Of a stretch of 64,000 nt of DNA, positions 10,519 through 20,021 are shown piece by piece. How positions within the stretch are numbered: the stretch's first letter is position 1; the number at the start of each line of letters is the position of its first letter. The DNA lies in assembly GCA_035690865.1 (NCBI GenBank), contig DASSKE010000004.1, positions 67,503 through 131,502 of the forward strand, in the 5' to 3' direction. The notes beneath the pieces were generated by a model, which saw only the letters and a list, made by a program, of their open reading frames with translations, was not told the DNA's origin and made no database searches. The position numbers and the translations under genes were made by a program. The DNA is from Candidatus Saccharimonadales bacterium (GTDB taxonomy: Bacteria; Patescibacteriota; Saccharimonadia; Saccharimonadales; UBA4665).

Positions 10519-12168
10519 ATGAATGATATTATTGATGCTCTTAAAAAGCGGGGTTTTAAGGGCGATGTGGATACAAGCGATGCGACGCTTGAAACGTATA
10601 GCCACGACGCCTCAATGTTCGAGATTGTGCCACAGTTGGTTGTGGCGCCCAAAACGGCTGGTGATGTCGAAAAACTTGTTGCAGTTGTTAGCGAGCGCAA
10701 GGCGCAGCAGCATGATTTGTCCCTAACCGCCCGTTCGGCCGGCACTGATATGTCTGGCGGGGCCATTAACGACTCCATTATCGTTGACTTTAAGCGGTAC
10801 TTTACGACAATCAGCAAAGTAACTGCTGACGCTGCTCATGCGCAGCCCGGCGTATTCTACCGCGACTTTGAAAAACAAACTCTCAAGCACAAGGCGCTCC
10901 TGCCGAGTTATCCAGCCAGTCGCGACCTTTGCACCATAGGCGGCATGATTAACAATAACTCCGGCGGCGAAAAATCTTTGGAATTTGGCAAAACCCAAAA
11001 TTTTGTAACCGAGCTGAGCGTTGTATTTGCCGACGGCAAAGAGCGGATCGTGAAGCCACTTACTAAAAAGCAGCTGGTGGCCAAAATGGCCCAGAAAGAT
11101 TTTGAGGGCACGGTATATAAAGAGTTGTTTGAGCTGATTGAGGCGCATTACGACCAAATTAAAGCCGCCAAGCCCGCGGTGAGCAAGAACTCAACCGGCT
11201 ACAATCTGTGGGATGTGTGGGATCGCCAGACCGGCATTTTTGACCTGACCAAACTTATTGTTGGCGCCCAGGGTACGCTCGGTTTTGTAACTGATATTCA
11301 TGTTAATTTAGTGCCCACGCGCCCCTATACTGGCTTGCTGGTGTGCTTTATGAAGGACATTAGCCCGCTGGGTGAAATTATTAATAAAGTGCTGGAGCAC
11401 AAACCCGCTACATTTGAGTCATTTGATGACGCGACCCTTTGGCTTTCTATCCGCTTTATGCCCAGCTTTTTAAAGCTCCTCGGGCCAGCCGGATTTATTA
11501 AGCTCCTGATTAGCCTGATACCTGATGGGGCGATGTTGCTGAGGGGTGTTCCCAAGCTCATCTTAATGGTGGAATTTAACGGCCAGACGCAGCAAGAAGT
11601 AGACGACAAGATCAATGCCCTACACCGTGACTTGCGGCATTATGGCATGGCCATGGAACGCACTGACACAGCCCAAAAGAGCGAAAAGTTCTGGCTTATG
11701 CGCCGCTACAGCTTTCAGCTCCTTCGCAGCAAAGTTAAAGATAAGCACACAGCGCCGTTTATTGACGACCTTGTGGTAAATCCACCGCATTTGGTGGAGT
11801 TTTTACCGCGCCTGCGCAAGATTATCAAAAAGTACAGCCTAATGGCGACTATTGCCGGCCATATGGGCGACGGGAACTTTCATATTATTCCTCTTATGAA
11901 GCTCGAAGATAGACGTGACCGCAAAAAGATCTTGCCCGCCATGAAAGAAGTAAACGAGCTGGTGCTGAAATATAAAGGATCGTTGAGCGGCGAGCACAAC
12001 GACGGGCTGGTTCGTGGGCCGTGGCTCGAAGAAATGTATGGCCGCGACGTACTGGTGCTGTTTAAAAAGACCAAGCACATCATGGACCCCAAGGGCATTT
12101 TTAACCCGCATAAAAAGGCCGATGCCGACTGGGATTATAGCTTTAGCCATATCCGCGAAAGTTTTTAA
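10519..12168 (+). CDS. FAD-linked oxidase/dehydrogenase (GlcD / D-lactate dehydrogenase-like)
   Basis: N-terminal FAD_binding_4-like region (VVAPKTAGDVEKLV, ARSAGTDMSGGAI) and C-terminal GSLSGEHNDGLVRG, typical of FAD-linked oxidase C-terminal domains. Confidence 0.8.
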   Translation: MNDIIDALKKRGFKGDVDTSDATLETYSHDASMFEIVPQLVVAPKTAGDVEKLVAVVSERKAQQHDLSLTARSAGTDMSGGAINDSIIVDFKRYFTTISKVTADAAHAQPGVFYRDFEKQTLKHKALLPSYPASRDLCTIGGMINNNSGGEKSLEFGKTQNFVTELSVVFADGKERIVKPLTKKQLVAKMAQKDFEGTVYKELFELIEAHYDQIKAAKPAVSKNSTGYNLWDVWDRQTGIFDLTKLIVGAQGTLGFVTDIHVNLVPTRPYTGLLVCFMKDISPLGEIINKVLEHKPATFESFDDATLWLSIRFMPSFLKLLGPAGFIKLLISLIPDGAMLLRGVPKLILMVEFNGQTQQEVDDKINALHRDLRHYGMAMERTDTAQKSEKFWLMRRYSFQLLRSKVKDKHTAPFIDDLVVNPPHLVEFLPRLRKIIKKYSLMATIAGHMGDGNFHIIPLMKLEDRRDRKKILPAMKEVNELVLKYKGSLSGEHNDGLVRGPWLEEMYGRDVLVLFKKTKHIMDPKGIFNPHKKADADWDYSFSHIRESF

Positions 12169-12210
12169 TACAACAGCAGGAACACCATAATTATGGTATA
12201 ACATGGCGAT

Positions 12211-12897
12211 ATGAAAACGCCTGCATCGCCTAATATTATTTTGCCTGCCGTAAGCGAGTCAGTAATGACTACGGTAAGCGCTGAATACGTACAAAATCCT
12301 ACCGCATTGCGCGCCCGCCAATTTGATAGCTTGCGGTTTTTTGACGGCTTGCTTATGAAAATGGCTGGCTGCATCGCCGAACCGGAGCGGTTTGTGAATG
12401 CTCCTTCGCTTCCGCTTGATAGCCCGGAGCGCCGCGTGCCGTTAGAGCGCGAGATTCATTTTTCAATGGTCTATGACCTGCTTAATCGCCAGGCGGCACA
12501 CAATAAGGGTACCGACCTTTCTGATCTGCATGAGGCACTCGCTCAAAGCCGCCAGCTAACTAAGAGGCAGCATCAGCTCCTTTTGACTAATCCTCACGAA
12601 TGGTTGCTTGGTGCCCAAGGCTTGAACGACGATACTCTCGTTCGGCTGGATGCCCAGCGCCCGCTGCCACAGTTTGAAATAAACACTGCAAGCAGTGCAT
12701 TTATAGAGAGCTTTAGCTCCGATACCGAGGAATGGCGTACGGCGGTTGCGCATCACGACCCCGCTTTGTACGAAGTTATGAGCAGCCAAAACATGCCTTT
12801 GGGTGAAGTAGCAGTCGAAGAGCAGGAACGGCGCGAAGTAGGTTCACTTGCACTCTATGCGCTTACCAACCAAGCGGCTATGCAGGCACGGCAATGA
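12211..12897 (+). CDS. Hypothetical protein, tandem paralog A
   Basis: Shares PNIILP, F/YFD, SMVYDLLNR and W..A.A.HDPA blocks with the next gene. Confidence 0.6.
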   Translation: MKTPASPNIILPAVSESVMTTVSAEYVQNPTALRARQFDSLRFFDGLLMKMAGCIAEPERFVNAPSLPLDSPERRVPLEREIHFSMVYDLLNRQAAHNKGTDLSDLHEALAQSRQLTKRQHQLLLTNPHEWLLGAQGLNDDTLVRLDAQRPLPQFEINTASSAFIESFSSDTEEWRTAVAHHDPALYEVMSSQNMPLGEVAVEEQERREVGSLALYALTNQAAMQARQ

Positions 12898-13439
12898 GCC
12901 ATCCTAATATCATTTTGCCGCCGGTAGACGGAGAGGTGTTGGTGGACGTGGACGCCGCTTTCCAAAAAGATGCGGCCCAGCTTCGCCAGGAACAGCTTGA
13001 TAGAATGGATTATTTTGACCCTGCTCTTCTTGCCCTGGCAACCGTGATGGACAGGCACGATTTTGAAACTGATGCCGATCCGCTTGGCCAACGCATCAGA
13101 ACCTTTAACCGCCAGCAAAGCTCAATGGTTTACGACTTGCTTAACCGTGACGCGGCCCGCCGACAAGGTATAGAACTACGCATGGATGAGGATAGTGCGC
13201 ATCCCCTGCCGCCATACCGTATTACGTTGGCGCTCAGTGAGCTTGTTAACAACTTTGATGTTGATTCCTGGCAAGAGGCCATTGCCGCCCACGATCCGGC
13301 CATGGCAGCAATTATCGAAGGGCGCTTATTCCCAACCGGGGCAGAAACAGAATATGAAACGCATCAGGCGCAAATACTTGGCTCAACGGCTACGTACGCT
13401 GTTGTAAATTATTTGGTATCCACTACTCCTACCCTATAA
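12894..13439 (+). CDS. Hypothetical protein, tandem paralog B
   Basis: ATGA overlap with paralog A. Same ordered motif blocks (MSHPNIILPPV, MDYFDP, SMVYDLLNRDAARRQG, WQEAIAAHDPAM). Confidence 0.6.
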   Translation: MSHPNIILPPVDGEVLVDVDAAFQKDAAQLRQEQLDRMDYFDPALLALATVMDRHDFETDADPLGQRIRTFNRQQSSMVYDLLNRDAARRQGIELRMDEDSAHPLPPYRITLALSELVNNFDVDSWQEAIAAHDPAMAAIIEGRLFPTGAETEYETHQAQILGSTATYAVVNYLVSTTPTL

Positions 13440-16400
13440 CGGTGCGTAAGTGGTAATTGAGGATGCGTGTGGTCAGCGCCGGCGAGCAGAATAAAAGAGT
13501 GCTCCGGTAGCGCCCAATATACATGCCCTGGCGGTGCTCGTCGCTAAAGTTCCCGTCCATGATATTCTTTTTGAGCGTGGCTGGTTCCATATGGAGATAA
13601 CGGGCGATATCGTCGCAGAAAGACCAGGTATATGGAATGGGCGAAGGGTTGGTGCCATACTCGCGAAGGACTTCAGAAAGTGCATCGAAAACAATTGAGC
13701 TTACGCCTATATCACCGTTAGATAGCGTGCCAACGGGTGGTGTGCTGCCGACGTCAACCGGGCCATTACAGCTGATAATAGCTAGCAACGTGGGCATGGA
13801 GTGTGTTTGTGCGCTGGCGTAGCGCGATAGATTTACGGCGTTAATGCGCCTGCTTGGGGCGAGTGGCGTAAGCTCAACAAGACTATTACTATTGAGGTGA
13901 TGCAGCTGGTTGCACGTAGACACAATACGCCCGGTATCCACCTTTTTAGCAACAGGAATAGCGTACTCAAAAGCGACTGGCTTACCTTTTTCTTGGCGAC
14001 GCCTTGGAGTTGTCTTGGGTGGTGCGGCGGCTGTTCGTGGCACGGGGTGCACGCCTGTTTCTTCTTCAAATTCCTCCGCATAAGCTAGGTCTTTTGGCGG
14101 ATCTGGCGGCGCGGCAGTCTCGGGTAATTCCAATTCCTCGGCTACCGGCTCCTCGTTTGTCGCTTCTTCTTCGGCTGGCTTGAGTTCTTGACATGGCGGC
14201 TGCGCTTCGCCGGGAGTGTACACCCGATAGTACGGCGGGCCTGACGGCGCATACAAATCAGGATCGGCAATGTAGGCTTCAAGAGCGGTCAAAAAGGCTT
14301 CATGATGTTCTGTTGAAATATACTCCACTCTGCGGCTTGCACGAGTGGTAAAATAATACACTGGCATTTGAATGAGGCTGGCTACCGTAAAGAGCTCCTC
14401 GATAGTTGGGGGCCGATGTTCGTAGCTGCGGATGGTGTAACCCTGAAGCTGCGAGAACCCTTCGTAGGGCGCTGGCCGCGCCTGCATAAAAGCGTGTTCC
14501 CACGGTTCTATTTCGGCACGCAAAAATGTTGGCTGCGGGTGGCCGCTCTCCCCCTTAACTGGTTGACACAGTACCGAAAAGCCGCGCAAAGTGAAGAAAT
14601 CACGAAGACTCACACGACTGCTGCTGATACGCTTGCGAAGCTCTTTGTTGCTAATGCGCTCGTCGGACACGGTCTGGCGAACACCATGCTTATTCTTGAA
14701 TGCGGCAAATTGTTCGGCAGTAAAATGAGGCAGTTTTTGTGTTGTGCCTGGCAGATACGAATGCAGACGGGCCAGCGTTAGGCCATCCTCCTTTATCCAT
14801 TTAATAATTGGGGCTTTACCAATTCCCAATTGTTGAGAAGCCATAGTAAGCGTAACATCATCTGCACTAGCGACCTCATTTTGCAGGATATCCTGCGCGC
14901 GTTGGCTAAAATGCGGCTCTACTTCTCCCTGACTATTTATTTCTAATCGTGCCCGCATGCCTCGGCTAAAGAGAATACGCTGCGCCCACGAATGCGATAG
15001 ATCGGTAGCATCGCACATATCAAAAAGGCCTTTGCTAAGAGATGCGGCCTCGGATGAAGATTGTCCGCGGAACGCCTCAAAATAAAACTTTGCGCGGTTC
15101 TCTTGGTCGGGCAACGGGGCTTGGCGTAAGAATGCTGGCAGTTCGGGCCCAACAAAGCGGGTGTCTGATGGACGCGCGCCCTGAGTGGGGGTGCTGATGC
15201 CTTTTTTGCTTATCATAATACCCTGCTGCATTGGCAGCCCAAAAACGTCCCAGATATGCTTTTGGCGTTCTGGCTCGTGCAGCTCGTCGTCTATAAGCTC
15301 AAAGGCGGTAAAAACCTTACCATCTCCATCGAGCCGCCCGCCCCTGCCAAGCAGCTGAGTAATAATGCCCAAGGTGCGCACTGGCCGAGCCAGTATCGCC
15401 CATCTGAACCGCGGTGTATCGTAGCCTTCTTCGAGGTAGCGAATTTGAGTTAATACATCACCGGTTCCGGCGCGAAAGTTCTCGCTTACGCTACGACTAT
15501 CCTTGCGGGCGGTGCCGACCCCTTCCACGCAGATAGGACGTGTTACGCCGTCAGTATCTGTTATGTCACCGCTGGCGGCCAGAAGCTTCGCGATGGTAAA
15601 AGCGTGTTCCTGCTTGTTTCCGGGGATACAGCTAATGAGTCCCGGCCCCAGGTTCTCGATACAAAAGCGCGCAGTGTCGACGATAATTTTGTTACGAGCA
15701 TTGCTGCGCGCCAACAGCCGTGTGTCAGTTATTTGGTAATCGCGTCCGCCATGAGCGGCGGTAAAGGTTTCGCCTGTTTGTATGCCGTAAAATTGCATGC
15801 TGCACAAAAAACCATAGGTCATTATGCCCTGTGCCATAGTGACACGATCTATAACTCTGGGTATAAAACGCTTGGCATCATCAGTGGTCGCGCTGACTCC
15901 AAAAACAACAGCACCCTTACTTTCCTTTTTGATAGTGGCGGCCCGTTCTCTGCCCACATTGTGCACTTCGTCAAGCAGAATGCCGCTCATCTGGCCAGGC
16001 TCAAAATCGTGTCGCGTGTATGCCGGCAGCAAGGAATGGTACGAGGTAATTACCACGTCGCCGGTAGCATCTTTGCTATCCACGTTGTAGATGCTTGGCT
16101 TAAGACGTGGTGCGAACGCGTTAAGCCCCCCTCCATCGGCGGCAATTTGGTTTAAAAGGATTGTCCTGGAGGTTGCGTAAGCTACCTGACGCCTTTTGCC
16201 GTCAACGCGTGGCCTGCCGGCTCCCATTGCATCAGCAATGCAAGAAAGCAGCGCAGTTTTGCCATAGCTGCACGCCAGGTCTGCGAGTGCTCCAGCTATC
16301 TCTGTGTCTCCATTCGGATGTATGCTGCCTAAGAAATCTCTGAACTTATAGAAGGTCGTGGTTTGTTCGGGACGCAGTGGCCCTACTGTCCCATCGGGGT

Positions 16401-16494
16401 TGCTGTGGGTATCAATATAAGCATTAACAGAGTAAAGAATGGAGGCATGTTCCTGGGGTCGTAGCTTATCCGCAAGCGGTCCGATATCTTCCAT
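13429..16494 (-). CDS. SF2 DEAD/DEAH-box (ResIII-like) helicase with a ~590-aa C-terminal extension
   Basis: The N-terminal ~430 aa carry CSYGKTALL (motif I), LLDEVHNV (II), VSATT (III) and QLLGRGGR (VI). The remainder holds repeated ~50-aa HTH-like modules and an acidic/Pro-rich linker. Confidence 0.8.
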   Translation of the reverse strand: MEDIGPLADKLRPQEHASILYSVNAYIDTHSNPDGTVGPLRPEQTTTFYKFRDFLGSIHPNGDTEIAGALADLACSYGKTALLSCIADAMGAGRPRVDGKRRQVAYATSRTILLNQIAADGGGLNAFAPRLKPSIYNVDSKDATGDVVITSYHSLLPAYTRHDFEPGQMSGILLDEVHNVGRERAATIKKESKGAVVFGVSATTDDAKRFIPRVIDRVTMAQGIMTYGFLCSMQFYGIQTGETFTAAHGGRDYQITDTRLLARSNARNKIIVDTARFCIENLGPGLISCIPGNKQEHAFTIAKLLAASGDITDTDGVTRPICVEGVGTARKDSRSVSENFRAGTGDVLTQIRYLEEGYDTPRFRWAILARPVRTLGIITQLLGRGGRLDGDGKVFTAFELIDDELHEPERQKHIWDVFGLPMQQGIMISKKGISTPTQGARPSDTRFVGPELPAFLRQAPLPDQENRAKFYFEAFRGQSSSEAASLSKGLFDMCDATDLSHSWAQRILFSRGMRARLEINSQGEVEPHFSQRAQDILQNEVASADDVTLTMASQQLGIGKAPIIKWIKEDGLTLARLHSYLPGTTQKLPHFTAEQFAAFKNKHGVRQTVSDERISNKELRKRISSSRVSLRDFFTLRGFSVLCQPVKGESGHPQPTFLRAEIEPWEHAFMQARPAPYEGFSQLQGYTIRSYEHRPPTIEELFTVASLIQMPVYYFTTRASRRVEYISTEHHEAFLTALEAYIADPDLYAPSGPPYYRVYTPGEAQPPCQELKPAEEEATNEEPVAEELELPETAAPPDPPKDLAYAEEFEEETGVHPVPRTAAAPPKTTPRRRQEKGKPVAFEYAIPVAKKVDTGRIVSTCNQLHHLNSNSLVELTPLAPSRRINAVNLSRYASAQTHSMPTLLAIISCNGPVDVGSTPPVGTLSNGDIGVSSIVFDALSEVLREYGTNPSPIPYTWSFCDDIARYLHMEPATLKKNIMDGNFSDEHRQGMYIGRYRSTLLFCSPALTTRILNYHLRTVIG

Positions 16495-16514
16495 TGCCCC
16501 ACCCTATAATGCTG

Positions 16515-17564
16515 TTACTGGCGTATGAGCTTACGGGGTTGTACCTTTTTAGCGATTGCTTTAGGTCGCGGTGTTGCCACCCCGGCTAGAGATAGTCGGC
16601 GATGACTGTTGGGCAGCTTAGTGGCATTCTTTACTGTGCGAGCAAAGCCTTTTTCTGCTTCGGCATCTGCGTATCGGGCAACCGGGTCGTGCAATAGAAC
16701 CGGCTTCTTTTTATTAAGCTTTTCATCTATTTCTTTAGCGACCTTAACGGCATATTCTTCCAGAACCCATTCGCGGCCGGGCACAATCTGGCCAAGTACG
16801 GTAATGTGCCAGACGTTTTTGCTGAGCTCCTGCTTAGCGGCAATACTCAGGTCGCGGGGGAGCATCAGCGGGTTGCGCGGAAGCCGCAAATTCATCTCGC
16901 GAATAATATGCATGCCCTTTTCAAAGTCGCTTACCAAAAAGTCGATAGCCAAGGTGCGCACACCTTTTGGTGTTATCCGTACACCTTGAATATTCTGGTT
17001 GTTAACCCATACTACTTCGCCGCTGATTGTTCGAATACGCGTCGAGCGCAATGTTACGCGATCTACAATACCCTCTACCTCGCCGTAGGGAACGATCTTA
17101 ACGTAGTCTCCAACACCAAACCAATGCTCGGCCATCATAATGCTTCCGTATGTCAGGTCGCGAATGATTGGGTTGAGCGAGCCAATAACAAATATCGAGA
17201 GCAATGCGCTGCTAGCCACGAATGCGGTTGGCTGGGCGCCGGCGTGAATGTAGACCCACCAAAAGTAAAATGCGGCAAATACGAATAGGCCGCGAATAAT
17301 GGCAATCGAAAGCACGATAAATGTTTCAACGCGCCGTAAGCTGTTAACCTTGTTAAGGTCGTCTGTTTGATCGGCCCGTTTACTTACTATGCGGTTTACG
17401 CGCCGCAGAAATGCCGCAGCAATACGGCCGGCAACCAGCGCAATGAGCAAAACAATAATAAGGGCAAAAACTGACTTTGGATTGAAGAATGATTGCGCGG
17501 ATTTAAAGAAGCTCTCTCCAGCTACTTCAAGATTACTCTGTTGAGCGGCGACTATGAATGACAT
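16515..17564 (-). CDS. Small-conductance mechanosensitive channel (MscS family)
   Basis: N-terminal TM helices, then GDYVKIVPYGEVEGIVDRVTLRSTRIRTISGEVVWVNN, the typical MscS beta-domain. Confidence 0.85.
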   Translation of the reverse strand: MSFIVAAQQSNLEVAGESFFKSAQSFFNPKSVFALIIVLLIALVAGRIAAAFLRRVNRIVSKRADQTDDLNKVNSLRRVETFIVLSIAIIRGLFVFAAFYFWWVYIHAGAQPTAFVASSALLSIFVIGSLNPIIRDLTYGSIMMAEHWFGVGDYVKIVPYGEVEGIVDRVTLRSTRIRTISGEVVWVNNQNIQGVRITPKGVRTLAIDFLVSDFEKGMHIIREMNLRLPRNPLMLPRDLSIAAKQELSKNVWHITVLGQIVPGREWVLEEYAVKVAKEIDEKLNKKKPVLLHDPVARYADAEAEKGFARTVKNATKLPNSHRRLSLAGVATPRPKAIAKKVQPRKLIRQ

Positions 17565-17675
17565 GCAAATCCTTTATGCTTATTATATAGAAACCACCCC
17601 CAAAATAAAAATACTGCCCGTTTCTTATAAAGCAGAAACGTGACATACGTATATATTATGCTATAATACCCAACT

Positions 17676-18227
17676 ATGTCAAAGGTCGCCATACAAGGGT
17701 TCGCGGCTTCGTTCCACGAAGTTGCCGCTAACACACTTCTCGCCAAACAACCGCACTCATTTATCTATTGCGAAACATTTGCAGATGTTTTTGCGGCGGT
17801 TGCCCAAGGCCGGGCGACATACGGGGTAGTAGCGATTCAAAATAGCAACTATGGCCCTATCGCCGAGAGTCGAGCGCTTTTGGCGCGGCCATCAGTCCGC
17901 CAAATACAAACCCTTACTATGCGCATTAAACAGTGCTTGCTAGTTGTGCCGGGAACGACGCCAGACGAAATTACAGAAGTATACTCACATCCAATTGCGC
18001 TGGTGCAATGCAGCCGCTATTTAAAGCAGTTTCTGCCGCACGCGAAACTGGTTGAGCACGCCGATACTGCGGGCAGTGCCGAAGATGTGGCTGGGTGGGG
18101 TGACAAAAGCAAAGCGAGCATTGCAAGCAGTGCCGCAGCTGATCTGTACGGTTTAGAAGTGCTCGAAGATGGCATCGAAAACGATAAGAACAACGCAACG
18201 ACGTTTACTCTTTTTCGGGCTGCATAG
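17676..18227 (+). CDS. Prephenate dehydratase catalytic (PDT) domain only; no ACT domain
   Basis: KVAIQGFAASFHE, YGVVAIQNSNYGPI, VYSHPIALVQCSRYL and NNATTFTLF (the T-R-F region). The ORF stops right after the PDT domain, and the next gene's stop is 9 nt away. Confidence 0.7.
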   Translation: MSKVAIQGFAASFHEVAANTLLAKQPHSFIYCETFADVFAAVAQGRATYGVVAIQNSNYGPIAESRALLARPSVRQIQTLTMRIKQCLLVVPGTTPDEITEVYSHPIALVQCSRYLKQFLPHAKLVEHADTAGSAEDVAGWGDKSKASIASSAAADLYGLEVLEDGIENDKNNATTFTLFRAA

Positions 18228-18235
18228 CCCAAAGG

Positions 18236-19930
18236 CTAGTTTGTGCCAGCCGCGGGCGCTTGTTGGTTTGTGCCCAGAATAACAATAAAGTCAGTCGTAT
18301 ATTGTTGAGACAGGGTTTGGTCGGTTACGAAAGCACTGTTCTTAAAAGTGTCTTTAAGAAGTTGTTTTGTAGCTTTCTTTTTGCCCTTGGTGTTGTCGAT
18401 AATTGTTGTTTTGTCGTATGCCTTGGGCGCGTCAGAAACGGCGGTAATAATTGCGCCCTTTTCGCTTAAAAAGTCTCCGGTTTGTTTGGCAAGACCGGCT
18501 ACCTGGCCGCTATTAAGAATAGTCATGCTCGCTGCTTCTTTTGTGACGGGTGTAGCGTTGATGGTCTTTTTAAGATACGCCTGGATAGCAGTAAAATCAG
18601 TAATACCAGCAGCGGGAACGAGCGCAGACTGCTCTTGCGCCGTCGTGTAATTACTGAGGAGGTTGTGACCATCGGCGTCATTAAGGCCAATGGACTGAAT
18701 CTTTGAACTATCGACTTTTTTACCCATGTGGTACAGGCTGAGCAGCTCGTTTAACTGAAAGTCTGTTTTAACATTATTGCCAATAGCATCCATAAGCTTG
18801 CCAAGCTTGGTCGGGTTGGCAAGTGTACTCGAGCTGGCGGCTTTTTCTTTAAGTGCTACCATCATCTGCCGTTGGTGCGTTGTGCGGTCGAAATCGCTTT
18901 GCGGAAAACCGTAGGCGCCGTATACACCGTTAAAAGGGTCGCCGCGGGCGCGGGCTAAGTTGAGTGCTGTTTGTCCGTTTAAGTGGTTAACGCCGTTCGG
19001 CAGCTTAAGCGCCCCACCTTCGTTCGGCCTAAAGCTTGGGTCATAGAGGCCGCGCGGATCAGTACTCTGAATATTCACGTCAATGCCGCCTACGGTGTTG
19101 ACGGCATCTTTAAAGGCGGTGTAGTTAACGAGTGCATAATAATTAATAGGAATACCGAGCGTGTCAGACACGGTCTTTTCTAGAGCACCCATGCCACCCT
19201 TGGGGTAGCCAGCTTCGGCAAAGTCTTGGTATGTATTAGCGGCGTTAATTTTGGTATAGCCAATACCGGGCGCATTAACCCACAGGTCGCGTGGAATGCT
19301 CACCATGTAGGCATCGTGTGTTTTGGTATTGATACTTACCACCATTATTGAGTCGGTTAGCAGACCGCCACCGCCATCAGCGCGGTCTTCGGAGTTGCCG
19401 GCAAGCAGAATATTGACATGGCCGGTAGCCTCACCTTTAAGAGGAACGGGCTTGAAGGCGCTCAGTACATGCAGTGGATTATTATTACCAAAGACCTTAG
19501 AGGTATTGCGGTATACTTTCCAGCCTAGCCAACCGCCCGCTACAACAAAAAGCGCCAGCATAACAAGAGCTGAGCGCTTAGTAAGAATCTTCCAGCGTTT
19601 CTGCACTTTTTTAGCAGCAGTTTCGGTAGCCTTGCCTGGCCGTTGCCGTCCAACAGCGTGTAGCCTAGAGCGATTACTTGGCGATGGTATTGCACTGGAT
19701 GCGGGTTGCGGACGTGCAGCAGATGGCTGAGCACTGGCCGACGTAGGGCGCTGAGGGGTGGGTGGCGCCTGCGGCCGAACGACCGGTGGCTTTGCCTGTG
19801 CCAGACTTGGCATGGCAGTAGCGCCGCTAGTGGCACCGGTTCGTAAACGACTTCCAATAGAGGCGCTCGGCCGACGATTGGTGATAAAGCCATCAATATA
19901 TTGCTGGGGTTTGGCGTGTTTGTCTTGCAC
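18236..19930 (-). CDS. LytR-CpsA-Psr (LCP) family cell-wall polymer ligase
   Basis: TM anchor, then NILLAGNSEDRADGGGGLLTDSIMVVSIN...MVSIPRDLWV, the LCP core. Start uncertain: the ORF extends to 20029, but the W/F-rich N-terminus looks non-genuine, so GTG at 19930 was chosen. Confidence 0.82.
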   Translation of the reverse strand: MQDKHAKPQQYIDGFITNRRPSASIGSRLRTGATSGATAMPSLAQAKPPVVRPQAPPTPQRPTSASAQPSAARPQPASSAIPSPSNRSRLHAVGRQRPGKATETAAKKVQKRWKILTKRSALVMLALFVVAGGWLGWKVYRNTSKVFGNNNPLHVLSAFKPVPLKGEATGHVNILLAGNSEDRADGGGGLLTDSIMVVSINTKTHDAYMVSIPRDLWVNAPGIGYTKINAANTYQDFAEAGYPKGGMGALEKTVSDTLGIPINYYALVNYTAFKDAVNTVGGIDVNIQSTDPRGLYDPSFRPNEGGALKLPNGVNHLNGQTALNLARARGDPFNGVYGAYGFPQSDFDRTTHQRQMMVALKEKAASSSTLANPTKLGKLMDAIGNNVKTDFQLNELLSLYHMGKKVDSSKIQSIGLNDADGHNLLSNYTTAQEQSALVPAAGITDFTAIQAYLKKTINATPVTKEAASMTILNSGQVAGLAKQTGDFLSEKGAIITAVSDAPKAYDKTTIIDNTKGKKKATKQLLKDTFKNSAFVTDQTLSQQYTTDFIVILGTNQQAPAAGTN

Positions 19931-20021
19931 GTGCGATAACAAATTTTCTAGTAAGCATAAGTGATTATATAGTAGTTCCGGCCATATGAACAGCCAAAAA
20001 TGAGCTTTAGCGTGATACCAT

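Noticed and set aside
15604-16155. 183-aa + strand ORF inside the SF2 helicase gene.
   Set aside because: It is antisense to the helicase core, which carries clear motifs I, II, III and VI.
4982-16494. Considered whether the UvrD-nuclease (4982..8338) or the SF2 helicase (13429..16494) marks a known phage-defence system (Nhi-, Hachiman-, DISARM- or Druantia-like).
   Set aside because: The expected partner genes (HamA/DUF1837, methylase, DUF1998 and others) are not adjacent. Neighbours are housekeeping or orphan genes on other strands. The helicase-nuclease looks like an AddA/PcrA-type repair enzyme.
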